DNA from: Chlorokybus atmophyticus
Lineage: Eukaryota > Plantae > Mesostigma and Chlorokybus algae
Assembly (NCBI GenBank): GCA_009103225.1
Contig: RHPI01003389.1
Location: 310,001 to 374,000 of the forward strand
Direction of reading: 5' to 3'
Length of the DNA stretch: 64,000 nt
In this document: positions 1 to 13,285 of the stretch, one piece after another
How positions within the stretch are numbered: the first letter of the stretch is position 1
How the letters are laid out: each line of letters opens with the position of its first letter
Position numbers and translations under genes: made by a program
Notes under the pieces: model-generated
Databases searched by the model: none
What the model was told of the DNA's origin: nothing
Seen by the model: only the letters and a program-made list of their open reading frames with translations

Positions 1-55
1 CTAATTTGTTCTGTTGAAGTTAGCTGCGGCAGTGGCGGCGGCCTGGGCGGCGAGG

Positions 56-3000
56 ATGGCGGAGGAGGCCATGTCGGCGCTGAGCGTCGCCGAGGACGGT
101 GCGCCTGTCGCTCCCACAGCAGCTGAGCCCGCGGAGTTCGTCCCGAACGCCAAGTATAGCAAGCGAGTGGCCATCAAGGAGGTGGGAAAGCAGCGTGCGC
201 GCTCTTGCCGTTATGATGGCCAGCATGCATGGCATTTTTATGTGATGTGGTGTGGTAGTACTGATCACAAACCATACAGATGGGTGTTCATAAGCAGCCT
301 ATTTCTGACATTTGGAGGTTGGCGTGTTGCATGACTGGCATGTGTTGGTAAGGGAGCATTCACATGGCATGTGCGTCACAGTCTCATCTAGAGCACGATG
401 CCAGCCTGGGTACTAGTAGACTAATAGTATTGCAGCCTGCAGATATTGCATGTTGTTCGACTCTATCACGTGTCAATCTGGTGCTCGGGCTACTGTGCAC
501 ATGCGCTTGGCTTTCCTGGACGTCCTTCAATACTTCAAACTTTTTCAAGTCTGTCATGCCTGATTCTACACGCGCTTTACCTAATAAACACTCACCTGCC
601 GCTACTGCCCAGGTACTGGCCGCCGGGTTGTTGTGGGCTGGGAAGGGCATGACCGTAGGCGGATGGGTAAAAACGGGCCGCGAGCAGGGCAAAGGGACCT
701 TTGCATTTCTGGAGCTCAACGATGGTTCATGCGCTGCCAACCTGCAGGTGCATTGCAGACAACAGCGCCATGCTGTTGTGTTGCAAGCACTTGAGCATAG
801 CGTTATGGGTTTCTTGATAGTGCATACCCCAATCGAAACTCAATGCCACTGTGTGGCATGCGAGATGACATGTGAAACGACGGTACTAAGTGAGTTCGTT
901 GGTATCAGGTGATTGTTGACCAGAGCGTGGCGACGCTGTCTGAGTTGACCCCCACCGGGACGTGCGTGACAGTTGAGGGCGTGCTGTCCAAGACTCCTGA
1001 GGGCACCAAGCAGCCGGTGGAGCTGCGGGCGAAGCGCATCGTTGCTCTCGGACGCACCGACCCTGGCACATACCCCATTGCAAAGACCAAGCTCAGCTTG
1101 GAATTCCTGCGCACTGTTATGCATCTGCGCTCGCGAACCAACACGGTACGTATGGGCCTCATATGCTGGGGCCATGCGGCAACATGTGAGTGGACTGCAT
1201 GTATGCATATTTCCTGGTTGCAAAGTCGAATGTGCGGCTTTCATGCTTTCACATACCTACATGCATGCGCACAAGCCAGTCAGCTTGCATGCACATTTGT
1301 GTTATTAGCAAGTCGTTTGGTTTTGTCTTGGTTGTGGGATATTTGTGTTTGCACTTGGCTTGGACTAGCCCAGTTAAAGTGCCACTTGGTTTACGTGCCT
1401 ACCCACACACTTATTGCATGCATGTACATGTACACATGCGGCACTAAGGTATTGCACTGAGCGCTTACCTGTTTTTGTGAATGCTTGCTGCCAGATCGCC
1501 GCCATATACCGGATACGCAACGCGCTTGCGTACGCTACGCACACATTTTTCCAGCAGAATGGCTTCCTTTATGTGCACACGCCCATCGTAACAGCCTCTG
1601 ATTGCGAGGGTGCTGGTGAGATGTTCCAGGTCAGCACAATGCGGTGTTGCGCACACTTGCAGTAGGCTACTGCAAGCTGGGAATTGACTGTGGAAGATCC
1701 TCTCATGTGGCGTTTGCTGCTCAGGTAACAACACTCTTGGGAAGAATGGACGACCCTGCCAACAGCACAACACCCTCAGAACAAGAGTTGGCAGATTGCC
1801 GCACGAAAGCTGAACAGCAGAGCGAGCTTATCCGGACCATGAAGGTAAGCACGTGTGCATTTGCTGGAAACGCGAGACATGTGTTGCACAGGAGATGGAT
1901 GTAATGGTTCCATTCAAGTTCAGCTGCAGCATGCACTTTGCATGTGACTTGACTAGTATGTACGAGTGGTTCTGTCTTGTCGTGGCCTTTCCGCTCAGCG
2001 TGTTGTGCTTCTGGCCTTACTGCAGGAGGAGAAGAAAGACAAACGGAAGATCAAAGAAGCTGTGGAACAGTTGCAAAAGTTCAAAGAGGATTTGGCTGTG
2101 TTGGAAAAGAGATCGCGTTCGGTGCGCGCAATTGCTTTCGGAATCCTAGCATTACTCCTGCATGCCACAGCTGCGTGAAAGCTAGGCCTATTGATTCTGC
2201 TGACAGATACGTGGGGTGCCCTTCACTGCTGAAAGCAAGGTGGATTACTCTGAAGACTTCTTTGCTAAGGCGGCATACTTGACGGTCAGTGCTATATGTC
2301 TGCAGCAGCTTCGCAATGCTTCTTGTATGATACATGCAGTTTCAGTTTTGCCTATGCAGTGCAGAGTTGTGTTGGTATGACTTTGCATCCACCCAAACTT
2401 GCCACTAAACGCTGCATCGCAGGTTTCGGGCCAGCTAGAGGCGGAGATTGGCGCTTGCGGTCTGACAAGTGTGTACACATTTGGTCCAACGTTTAGAGCA
2501 GAGAACTCCCACACGTCGCGGCACCTTGCAGAGTTCTGGATGGTGGAGCCTGAGCTCGCGTTCGCTGATCTACAGGTGTGGTCACGGCGGATTGCGTGTG
2601 GTCGTTGCTATCTGCTGGTATTTCCCTTTACTGGGAGCTGAGTTGTTTTTCTCCCTTCATGCAGGATGACATGAACTGCGCAGAGGACTATGTGCGGTTC
2701 TGCTGCCAGTGGCTTCTAGATCATTGTCTGGAAGACATGGAATTCTTTAACAAGGTGTATGACCCCACCGCTCTGGAACGGCTACGCATGGTTGCTTCCA
2801 CTCCCTTTGAACGCGTGTCCTACACTCAAGCCATAGAGCTGCTGCTGAAGGTAACCTGTGTTGCTGGAGCTTTTCCAAGTCACTTACTTACACTGCACGT
2901 TGGCGTCAGCTTGTAGTTGCATTGATTTGCGGTTGGCAGCTCTGTGCCTGCAAAAGCACATATACAGGCAGCAAGCATAAGCACTGATCTAATGTATAAC

Positions 3001-3652
3001 ATTTCATGCAGGTTCCTGAAGAGGTCAAGCAGTTTGAAAAGAAAGTCGAGTGGGGCATTGACTTGCAATCGGAGCACGAGCGGTATCTCACCGAAGAAAT
3101 GTTCAAAAAGCCGGTCATAGTGTACAACTACCCGAAGGACATTAAGGCGTTCTACATGCGAGTAAATGAGGACGATAAAACTGTCGCAGCCATGGATGTG
3201 TTGGTGCCCAAGGTAAGAGTTTAGTACGTTGCATTCAACGCGGTTGCATGGTCCTTGCATGGTGTGTATACATATGCTAAATATTATGGCAGGTTGGCGA
3301 GCTTGTTGGTGGAAGTCAAAGAGAGGAGCGTTTTGATGTTCTAACAGAAAGGTGAGTGACACATCTGTTGTTTGCGATGATGGTTGTGTACTTTGCATAT
3401 GTTTTCGCGGCAGCAAGCGTGTACACATCAGCTCTTCAATTGGTGCTGACTTCATCATTGTCCTGTAGAATAAAAGCCATGGGGCTTCCCATTGAGAACT
3501 ACGGATGGTACCTGGATTTGAGAAAATATGGAACTGTGATGCACGCGGGCTTTGGGCTGGGCTTTGAAAGGTTGATATTGTTCGCAACGGGCATGGACAA
3601 CATCAGGGATGTCATTCCGTTCCCAAGATACCCTGGGCATGCGGAGTTTTAG
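56..3652 (+). CDS. asnS: Asparaginyl-tRNA synthetase, cytosolic plant SYNC-type with a WHEP-like helical insertion; multi-exon
   Basis: Exons joined at GT-AG sites give the OB-fold '[23 protein letters not shown]' and '[19 protein letters not shown]'. An inserted helical segment '[21 protein letters not shown]' is followed by '[11 protein letters not shown]', motif 2 '[25 protein letters not shown]', '[13 protein letters not shown]' and motif 3 '[11 protein letters not shown]', ending '[11 protein letters not shown]' at 3652. ATG at 56. Confidence 0.96.
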
Positions 3653-5242
3653 TTCAGTTGCAGCCCTGTTGTGTTGACATTGTAAACATTGTGTGCATAA
3701 TTTGCTTGCCAACATGCGGGGACAATCGAAACTGATGTCGCGCTTCTTTCGCAACAATGCCTCCTGCATACAATCATGGGTTGCAAACGCTTGGCCACTG
3801 GATGAACGTACTCGGCAAATGCTGTGCAATGCCAACGACCTACGCCAGCATATGTAGTGTTTACGTGCATGTCGTGTTGTATATGTTGTGTAGCATGTTG
3901 GTAGTTAATGGTTGTTCCTCAACTGCAGAAATCTGGGAACTGGGAATTGTCTGTGGATTCATCATTCATACATCATACATCAAGGTTTGCCCACCGAATT
4001 GTCCTGCTCAGTTGAGCAATATCAGGGAGACATGAGCTCAGCATGTTGAATCCGTGCACAGTGATCTGTGTGCGGGTGCTCACATGTCTGGAGTGCTTGT
4101 TGTACGACTCTGATTGCTGTGATTGACTCTGATTGCTGAGGTGATTCCAGTCCGCAATGTTTGTGCATGTATAGGATGTCCAAATGAAACTGATGCAATA
4201 GCAATGCAATAGCACACGCCACACACGCAGTGCCGCAAGCCAAACAGAGCACACTTCCAAAAACACCAGCTTACAGCAAGGGGCACAACCAACCAAAGCT
4301 ACACTAAGTGCTGTAGCTAAGTGCGTGAGTGTGGTGGTGTTGAGGTGGTGTGGGGGGCGAGCAGCAACGCAGCACGGCAGCAGCGGCAACCAACCAACCA
4401 ACCAACCTGTTGGTTACAGCCGCTTGGTCACGATAGTAGAAATAGAACCGGGCACGTAGCACCAGCAGCAAGATTAGACAGGGCGGGGTGGGGTAAGGTG
4501 GGCGTTGCTGTTGTTGTGCTGTGCTGTGCTGCATGTATGCACAGCAAGCAGAGTGTAGCATGCACAAGTGTACAGCACAGTGCGGGCAGCACAAGCAAAA
4601 GCAATGGTTACAACGACAACACAAGCAAGCAACAGCAATGGGCTGGCCCGGGCCCCTAAACTGTAACCAACCAACAACAAGCAAACACACAAAGGCAAGA
4701 GGCGAGCAGGCTAGTAGCAGGCAGTAGGCACGATCAGCAACCACCCCGCGCATGCTGACCTGAGTAAGCATGTGTGTATCAACAATCGTATGCACAGAGG
4801 TAGTGAGGTAGGTAGAACCTAGTCCGGTGGTCGTAAGGTGAGTTTGGTGTGAGTGCATGCTGTCGGAGATGCATGTGTCGCGCATGGCATATCCCTCATT
4901 GCATACTTGTTACACAATACTGCATCCCAATATTTCTATACACATGCCCACACACCGCCCACGCGCGCGCCCAAGACGCACGCACCAATGTGCATACTCC
5001 ACATCCAGCTAACATGTGTCTCATCAGATGTATGAGGAACGCATTACATGCAACTTCACAAAACTATCGCAATATGAATATGAACGCTCGTAGGCGCAGC
5101 TTTGTGCAACTGTTCTGAGCATAAACATACTCCAACAGTGCACCATGGCAGTTACGCGAACATGAAAGCAGATTTCAGCACTAGATAAACATTGTTATAC
5201 TTTAAGCAGCTGGAGGAGACTACCTCATACATGATCAAAACC

Positions 5243-6116
5243 CTAATCCTCATACACACGGCACTCGTCGGCCTCCGGTGCATCCTGGCAGAAAGCTTCG
5301 AGTGGGTCATCATCGCTGCGCTCCTTGGCGAGGGTCTTCTTGTGGGAGATCTCCGCGGACATCTCCTCCACCTCGTCCCACGCTGCAGCACACTCCTCAG
5401 CCGTGCCGTCCTCGCACGTCTCTGTGGCCTCCTGGATGCCCTTCGCCACCATGTCCTTCAACTGGTCAATCTGCACCACACAGAACAAGCAGTAACAAGA
5501 GTGTGAGAAAATGTACGAATGTATATGTGTGTGATGCAGTACTGCACTCTGAGGTACAATTATACAAATTCTTGGCATGCTACGTGACATCATCAGCCCA
5601 GTAGGGTAGCTTGACAAAGGGATAGGTGCATACCACGCATGTCAGACGGTGTGGCGTGCGTGGCTACGTGGAGCAACTTTACTGTGAACCGGACGCTATT
5701 CATTGATATCCATGATTGTTCGCTTGCTGCGCATGCATACCACGCACAGCAGCAAAACCATCTGTTCATGACTCCAAGCAACTTCTTGGCGCAGCTGTTT
5801 AACAACTGAGTTCTGACTAACAACAAGACTGCACGCTTATGTACCACAGCACGCGAGTGATGACACAAGTGTGCAAACAACAAGTAATCACGCAGACACG
5901 CACGCACGCATACGCACACGCACTGAGAGCGCTCACCTTGGGCGAGGCGTTTGCAACGACAAGTGTAGAACGCCTAGCAGCAGGCCGGAAGCTAACAGCG
6001 CGGGCAGTCAGGCGGGCTCCCCTGAAAGAGGAGGACGCCGCCGACGACGCCGCTGGCCGCTGCTGGACTGTGGCCACTTGGGCGGCCACGACCGCAGCCA
6101 ACACAGCAGACGCCAT
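5243..6116 (-). CDS. CP12: CP12 Calvin-cycle regulatory protein with plastid transit peptide (exons 6116-5937 and 5470-5243)
   Basis: Ala/Ser/Arg-rich transit peptide 'MASAVLAAVV...ANASPK'. Mature part has the N-terminal Cys pair and AWD-VEE motif ('ETCEDGTAEECAAAWDEVEEMS') and the C-terminal Cys pair 'DPLEAFCQDAPEADECRVYED*'. Confidence 0.96.
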
Positions 6117-6459
6117 CCCAGATGATACACCAACCACTTCCCCCAAGACCCACACGCAAAGCCCTGACCCTGACCTTGACGCCGACGCCCCCGGCGACAA
6201 CCACACCGCCGCCGCCGCACAGAAACGCTTGCCGCAAAGAATCAGATTACAGCTGTCGCTGGCTGTATGCTCACCGCAAGCGCGGATCCCAGAGATCCGA
6301 CGGCTTGCCCTGCATGCTTTCAGCGCGGGTGTCCGATCGGACGCTTGACGCGCGTTTGAGAAACGTGATGTGTGACGCGCAAGTTGCGCGTGATACGTCG
6401 CGGGTGAGAGTGATGTTACAGCGCGTATCATGTCATCTTCAGTGCGTGTTTTTTATTTT

Positions 6460-7100
6460 ATGACTTATGTAAAGTAGCTTTATGCTTGATCACTGCCAGA
6501 GACTTGGTGAACCATTAGCCACATACACATACATGTGGTATTACTTGTACACTAACAATGTCATCTAGAAAATGTCAGGCATCACTAAACATATAATATG
6601 GTGCGACATGTCGTATGACATAGCTCGTATTGTGCTAAACATTAGGGCCAATTTCATGATCATCAACAATCACATCACGAGTAACATTTGCTAACACGTA
6701 ACGTTATAGATAGTATGGTATCGATATGCCTATACAAATGTTTGTTATAAAATACATAGATTCAAAAACTATATGTTTACGTATTCACTACCATAATAAT
6801 AATATCATTAATATTATGAGATCAATATGATATTATGTTCACTATAACTATCGCTTAATAAATGTTCACGATTGATGAGTAATCATGAACATACAAGCAA
6901 TTGGGTTATTATGTAATTACCAATTTACCAATTGCTTATAACACGTGTTATAGCAACAGCTGGTATTAGTACTACGCTACAACAACACGTCACATCATAT
7001 GTTGTAAGTTACAACATATCTAAGGTGATTGGGATTGACATTGCGCTGCGCAATTGTTGCAGTACATGCAAATTGTAAGTGTAGGATGTGCCTGCATGGG
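6460..7100. repeat. AT-rich island with several short perfect or near-perfect palindromes
   Basis: TATAACACGTGTTATA (6937-6952); ATATGTTGTAA-g-TTACAACATAT (6997-7019); AAGCAATTGG...CCAATTGCTT (~6895-6937); TGTTCACGATT...AATCATGAACA (~6863-6891). Confidence 0.55.
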
Positions 7101-7549
7101 CTATTACCCAGATCAGGGTCGGCTTGTTGTGATGTGCTATGCATGGGAAATTGCACCCCGCATTTTGTGTACAGCACAACATATATACCAAGCCCCCGCG
7201 TACACTACTGCTTGTGGTCCCTGTGCTATAACACCCTATACAATAACACAACAACCACTTGTGTGGTTGCTGCTTGGGCGCAAGTTTTCTGACGGGTCTC
7301 ATAGCTTCGCGTAGACCGCTGGCCGTGAGGTGACTGTGGTATGCGGGTTGCACTGCTGCAGCGCAACTTGCTGCTGCATGTGTATAGTTGTGCAGCCGGT
7401 GACGGCTGTGATGTGCTGTATTGCGAGTCGCGCATGTGTGCATCATGCGCATGGCATGTGCATTGTAAGATAGCTATCTACTACCAATGAAGTTGACTAC
7501 TACTCATGTCGAGTGGCTGTTTGTCCACGCACGTGACTTGCCCTTGCGC

Positions 7550-7730
7550 AGGCTGTCGGGCTACTTGGCTTGTACCGGCAGCGCGTGGCTTGCGCGCTGC
7601 AGCGTGCTCAGGGCATCACCATCCTGGAACGGGGGGCGGCGGTCGTGGCGACCGTGCCAGGCTGAGTCCGGTCCAGACGGCAGCGCCAACGACGGAAGCG
7701 GACGCTGTGCTGGCGGCTGCAGCTGTGTAG
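7550..7730 (+). mobile_element. Possible 3'-terminal remnant of an RLE-type non-LTR retrotransposon
   Basis: Translates as 'AVGLLGLYRQRVACALQRAQGITILERGAA...' then, with a frameshift, 'RLSPVQTAAPTTEADAVLAAAAV*'. This resembles the 'QRLSVALQR' C-terminal helix after the RLE domain of CRE/Dualen-like LINEs; recognised by eye only. Confidence 0.35.
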
Positions 7731-8399
7731 GCAGCGTGCTTGCACGCTGCTAGCGTGCGTGTGAGTACGCTTGTACACGGTGATAGGCATGGATGACAGT
7801 ATGTAGCTATGTGTGACGATGTTGCTGTGCTAGTAATGAGAGAGTTTGTCCAAGCAAAGCCTTTCTGCCCTTGTCTTGTTTGCCGGTGGAATGGAATGCC
7901 CGGTGCGGAGAAAGCATGCGGTAGAGCATGCACAGACATTGCTAGTTGCCATGTGTTGAGCATGCAACACATCAGGCGACTTGCTATTGTAATTTGAAGC
8001 TCGACACAATATAATAGTTGCATGCAGCACTTATACCATTCAACTGACCGATCATTGGGCATGTAGTTCTCGCAGCATGCAGCTAAGGAGGAGTACCCAC
8101 TTTCCGCCACCAGCTCGATTGTAGTCAAAAAGGGAACCTTGGTGACAGGAATAGCTCCCCTGATACGGGCCATCCTGTGCTAATTCATTGCCCTATATAT
8201 GCCCTATACACCATCCTCATCACCTTGCCACCACCTTTCCCTCAAGTGCAATGGCAGGCTGGTTCTGCTTGCTAACAGTCAATGGCACTTCCAGTCCCTT
8301 CACACATTGCCGCCTACAGTTTGTCATGAACGCCGCCAGCAACACTGTTCACAAGTGTAGACAATGACCGGATGGGAGAAAGGCGAACTTGCCTCGGCA

Positions 8400-8665
8400 A
8401 TATATATATATATATNNNNNNNNNNNNNNNNNNNNNNNNNNNNNNNNNNNNNNNNNNNNNNNNNNNNNNNNNNNNNNNNNNNNNNNNNNNNNNNNNNNNN
8501 NNNNNNNNNNNNNNNNNNNNNNNNNNNNNNNNNNNNNNNNNNNNNNNNNNNNNNNNNNNNNNNNNNNNNNNNNNNNNNNNNNNNNNNNNNNNNNNNNNNN
8601 NNNNNNNNNNNNNNNNNNNNNNNNNNNNNNNNNNNNNNNTATATATATATATATATATATATATA
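8400..8665. repeat. (TA)n microsatellite spanning an assembly gap
   Basis: TA repeats at 8400-8415 and 8640-8665 flank the N-run 8416-8639. Confidence 0.9.
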
Positions 8666-8688
8666 ATGCCCACACAACCAAAAGGGCA

Positions 8689-11600
8689 TCATTGCGGCAA
8701 GGAGTGTGTCGTGCGCGGCTGCAACACCTGCTTCAGTCTTGAGGAGGCCAGCAGCAGGAGGGCACCGTTGCAGCCCGCGAGCATGCTTAGCAACGCAAAG
8801 AAGGACGCGTGGCTCATGTGTGGATACAACGAACCTGTGCACAGACAATCAGCGAACGTGGCTCAAAGGCGTCGCGTGAAAGTGTGCATGTGCTGAATCT
8901 TACACACGGCAAACACACATGCAAACTTACCAGCTAGGCCAGCAAGGTAGTTGCCAAAGAAGTTATTCAAGCACCACGTGCCCATGAGTAATGAGGCCAT
9001 GCCGGCAGGTGCGACCCGAGCAATCAGTGCCAACCCTATCGGACTCAAGTACAGCTCTCCAACCTGCGCAACACGCCAGGGATGAGACTGCTACAACTGC
9101 GGTAAAGCAGCTGCAAGCATAGCGCCAAACAGCTGAGCTTACCGTCAACAGCGCAGTGTACAATACGAGCCACATGAGGCTGTCAAGTCCATTGAGCGCA
9201 GAGCCAAATAGTACAATGTAAGCAACGCATAACAGAATGCTCCTGCCAAACAGACAACCAGGTTTCAACTCAACCTCCAACATCCACATGTAAAGCACAA
9301 ACCCAAAAACGATATACAACAACATCACCAATGAGATGTTCATCGACAATATGAAACGGGAACACATGACGATGTCAAACCAACTCTCAAATGAATGTAG
9401 GGCTAAGTGCACTGCCTATCTGTAAACTTACCCTGCGCCCATTTTAGCCACGTCAGAGGGCTCCAAGCCTCGTCGCGCTTGCCACTTCCAGAAAGTTGTC
9501 AGCACAGGAGTGAACGCGATGATCTGCAGCAGACCAGCAGCACGTGAGCACAATGTGTCATTAGTAATGCTCAATCCCCATCTACTTTATTGCCAATCAC
9601 CCAAGTGAACAAATGTCGAAAAAATGTATCATAGCTTTGTATGCCTCACCATCAAAGGATTGAGAGACTGCGTCCATTCCGTTGGCATTTCCCAGCCAAA
9701 AATGTGTCGATCAATATCCTGCAGACAGGGTTTGTGTATCAGTTGCGTCATGCAGGGTGCGACACAACGATCACATCCATGTCCACCAGAAGGAAATGCG
9801 GAGAGGGGGAGGGAAGGGAATATCGTAGATGCTTCCTTACCTGGTCTGTGTACAAAGTAATGCTGTTGCCCTGCTGCTCATAACTGCAACACAGTTGTTG
9901 AAACTGTCAGACTCTAACTGTTCTTAACTGCGAATCGCGAGGCGCATAACAAGATCACAGCAAGACTGCTATGCAAACTCACACAGCCCAAAACACCACA
10001 TTGAGTGCGTTGACAGCTGCAACAGCAGCGAGAAGTCTCCTGTGTTGTTTGACCTCCCGCCACAACCGCCTGTCGTTATACTCGTTGACGTGTGGAGAGT
10101 CCAATGCCTTGCCTGAGAGCAGCAGGCCCTGTTTCTCACTCGCATCTGCTGCCTCTGCAGCGGGACTCTCCTTCGCGCAAACTCGCGTGACACCCTGGCT
10201 GCATATGTGAAGCAGTGAGTCAATACCAAGGAGAAGAATGGACGCTGGGCAACGCTACTTGAATGTAGCACACAAGTTGTTGCAAGCAGCGCACCTTGAT
10301 GGTGGGAGGAAGCGTCGACCAAATGTGTACACGGCAACAGAAACAATCATGCCGACTCCAGCAGCTGTGAATCCGGCATGAAAACCATAGGCCTGGTTAC
10401 AGAACACAAGCAACTTAACACAACCTAATGCAATGTGGAACATGTGCGTGTGTGCATGTGACTATACAATCTGTACCTTTCGCAAAGCACCGCAAACGAG
10501 TGGCGACAAGAAGGCGCCGACATTAATGCCGACATAGAATATGGAGTATGCAGCATCTACACGACTATCACCCTGCGACACAACGGCGCAAGTCAGGCAC
10601 ACCACAAACACAACCACCGCATCAAAGGTTTGAAAGCAGTAATATACGACAGTTGTACATACATGAACACATGCTCACCGGGGGATACAGCAGACCGAGC
10701 TCAGTAGAGACGTTGGGCTTGAAGGCCCCTTCACCCATAATTAAGCATAATAGAGCAAGAAGCAGACAGGATGGTATAGCCATCAGAAAATGCCCCAGAG
10801 CTGCAAAGCCAACAAAGTCAATTAAGTGACAGCAGATGCATAGTGCAGCAGGGGAGAAAAAGCAAAGATGCCCTGTCTCATGCTTTGCTCTTGAACAACA
10901 AAAAACAACGAGCAGCCTCGTACCCATGACAGCTCCACCAAACACGATCATGCGCCTTAGGCCAAAGTAGCGATCAGCGAGCACACCACCAGCAAGCGGA
11001 GTCAAGTACACAAGCGCCGTGTACCTGAACAGGTCAACAAGTTCCGCATACGTGGGAGTGACAGGGCAACCCGCAAACACAAAGTGAATGACAACAACTG
11101 GCCTGCGCTGTGGGTTACAAGCATATGCAGCTCAAGTACAAGAACTTGCATGTGCACCTGCAAGTAACCTACAGGCCGTATATGCGTGACGCAAGTGCTT
11201 CCGTGTTGGCTTTGCCGTTTTCGCCTCCTCCTCCTTCCGGATACCCACAAAACCAAGCCAGGGCGGAGAAGCCCCAAACGCCAGTTTGCCCCGAGTGGAA
11301 GCGGTCTGAGGTAAGAAACAGCACGAGAAGAGCCCTCATGCCATAGTATGAAAACCCTGCCAAGCATGTGTGAGCCCCTTGCTGTGAGCAACAAACTCAT
11401 CCGAATTTACAAGTATATGACGTGGAACTTGCAGCAACTGTTCTGCAATTCCAACATTGAAACACTTGTGAGCAGGTATCTTCACTGTCGCATGTGTCCC
11501 CCGCGGGTGGGTGGGTGGGGGAGTGGGTGGGAGCGCAAGCTCGCGTGCATGTAACAGGTCTTTAGGTGTGTAGTGCATTATGTGAGCCGTTGTATGCTTG

Positions 11601-11869
11601 CATTACATGAGGGCCGGAGGACGGGAGAAAAGGACGGGTGTGGGTAGTAGGAACAATGACGACAACTACTATCGAACGTTTTGTTACACAGCAAGGAGCG
11701 AGCGAGAGAGCGAGAGAGCGAGAGAGCGAGAGAGCGAGAGAGAGCGAGAGAGAGAGAGCGAGAGCGAGAGCGAGAGCGAGAGCGAGAGCGAGAGCGAGAG
11801 AGAGAGCGAGAGCGAGAGCGAGAGAGCGAGAGAGCGAGAGAGAGAGCGAGAGAGCGAGAGAGAGAGAGG

Positions 11870-11944
<75 letters not shown>

Positions 11945-13285
11945 NNNNNNNNNNNNNNNNNNNNNNNNNNNNNNNNNNNNNNNNNNNNNNNNNNNNNNNN
12001 NNNNNNNNNNNNNNNNNNNNNNNNNNNNNNNNNNNNNNNNNNNNNNNNNNNNNNNNNNNNNNNNNNNNNNNNNNNNNNNNNNNNNNNNNNNNNNNNNNNN
12101 NNNNNNNNNNNNNNNNNNNNNNNNNNNNNNNNNNNNNNNNNNNNNNNNNNNNNNNNNNNNNNNNNNNNNNNNNNNNNNNNNNNNNNNNNNNNNNNNNNNN
12201 NNNNNNNNNNNNNNNNNNNNNNNNNNNNNNNNNNNNNNNNNNNNNNNNNNNNNNNNNNNNNNNNNNNNNNNNNNNNNNNNNNNNNNNNNNNNNNNNNNNN
12301 NNNNNNNNNNNNNNNNNNNNNNNNNNNNNNNNNNNNNNNNNNNNNNNNNNNNNNNNNNNNNNNNNNNNNNNNNNNNNNNNNNNNNNNNNNNNNNNNNNNN
12401 NNNNNNNNNNNNNNNNNNNNNNNNNNNNNNNNNNNNNNNNNNNNNNNNNNNNNNNNNNNNNNNNNNNNNNNNNNNNNNNNNNNNNNNNNNNNNNNNNNNN
12501 NNNNNNNNNNNNNNNNNNNNNNNNNNNNNNNNNNNNNNNNNNNNNNNNNNNNNNNNNNNNNNNNNNNNNNNNNNNNNNNNNNNNNNNNNNNNNNNNNNNN
12601 NNNNNNNNNNNNNNNNNNNNNNNNNNNNNNNNNNNNNNNNNNNNNNNNNNNNNNNNNNNNNNNNNNNNNNNNNNNNNNNNNNNNNNNNNNNNNNNNNNNN
12701 NNNNNNNNNNNNNNNNNNGGACCGCGAGCATGCATGCTCACACGCCTGTGCGCTACAACTGTAGCATACCCTACTACACGGTATTTCGTGTACTTCGCGG
12801 AATGTTGAGTACAGCAGCTTGCTGAGCAGAATCCAATCAAAGAGGCCCATAATGTGACGACGGTCATTGCTGCTTTACAAATACTTACTCTCCCACATCT
12901 CCGTTGCAAACAGAACGTACAGCCCAACTGGGTGTCCCCACAGTTGCCGTGTGTCGTACACGCCGCTGCCGCTTGTTGAGCATGCCTCTCCCGGCTCCCC
13001 ATCCACCTAAAAGCAGCGATTCAGGTCGAGCTCGTTGCACAACCAAGCAGCATTCCACAGCAGCAGCATCAAGCCAGCTGGCACAAGCAACGATCAATCA
13101 CTGATTGGCAATTAAGCAACCAGCTTCACCTCCAGAGCGACCATCCGGGGTGACGGCAGCTGTTTCTTTCTGGAGTTCCTAGGAGTGCTGCCGGATCTCT
13201 CCTTCTCGGAAACAACCGCGTCGCTGTCCATGTCGCTGTTGAGGTCGTCGTCCTGCACCGCGGCCTCCACTAGCAAGTAGCTCAT
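8689..13285 (-). CDS. Proton-dependent oligopeptide transporter (POT/PTR family, bacterial DtpT-like signature); multi-exon, spans a gap
   Basis: Exons give '[33 protein letters not shown]' (ExxERFxYYG), 'LVYLTPLAGGVLADRYFG', 'GEGAFKPNVSTELG', 'RVDAAYSIFYVGINVGAFLSP', 'LYLSPIGLALIARVAP' and 'NFFGNYLAG'. Last exon ends '...HSLPQ*' (TGA at 8689-8691). ATG at 13285 is inferred. Confidence 0.9.
11696..11943. repeat. Compound (GAGAGC)n/(GA)n microsatellite in a POT intron, next to an assembly gap
   Basis: Directly visible purine-rich tandem repeat running into the N-run 11945-12718. Confidence 0.95.

Noticed and set aside
4240-4900. Low-complexity (CAAC)n/(GCACA)n-type sequence between AsnRS and CP12
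   Set aside because: Simple-sequence intergenic/UTR DNA with no regular repeat-spacer periodicity; not CRISPR-like.
8140-8260. Minus-strand 'WCIGHI*GNELA...RMAR.GA', reminiscent of an RNase H C-terminal motif
   Set aside because: Needs a stop and a frameshift, spacing is short, and no other RNase H motifs are visible.
8314-8896. ORFs with YIYIYI and X runs
   Set aside because: Artefacts of the (TA)n repeat and the gap.
11562-13002. Long ORFs of 375-474 aa (SLSLSL / RERERE plus X runs)
   Set aside because: Artefacts of the GA microsatellite and the N gap.
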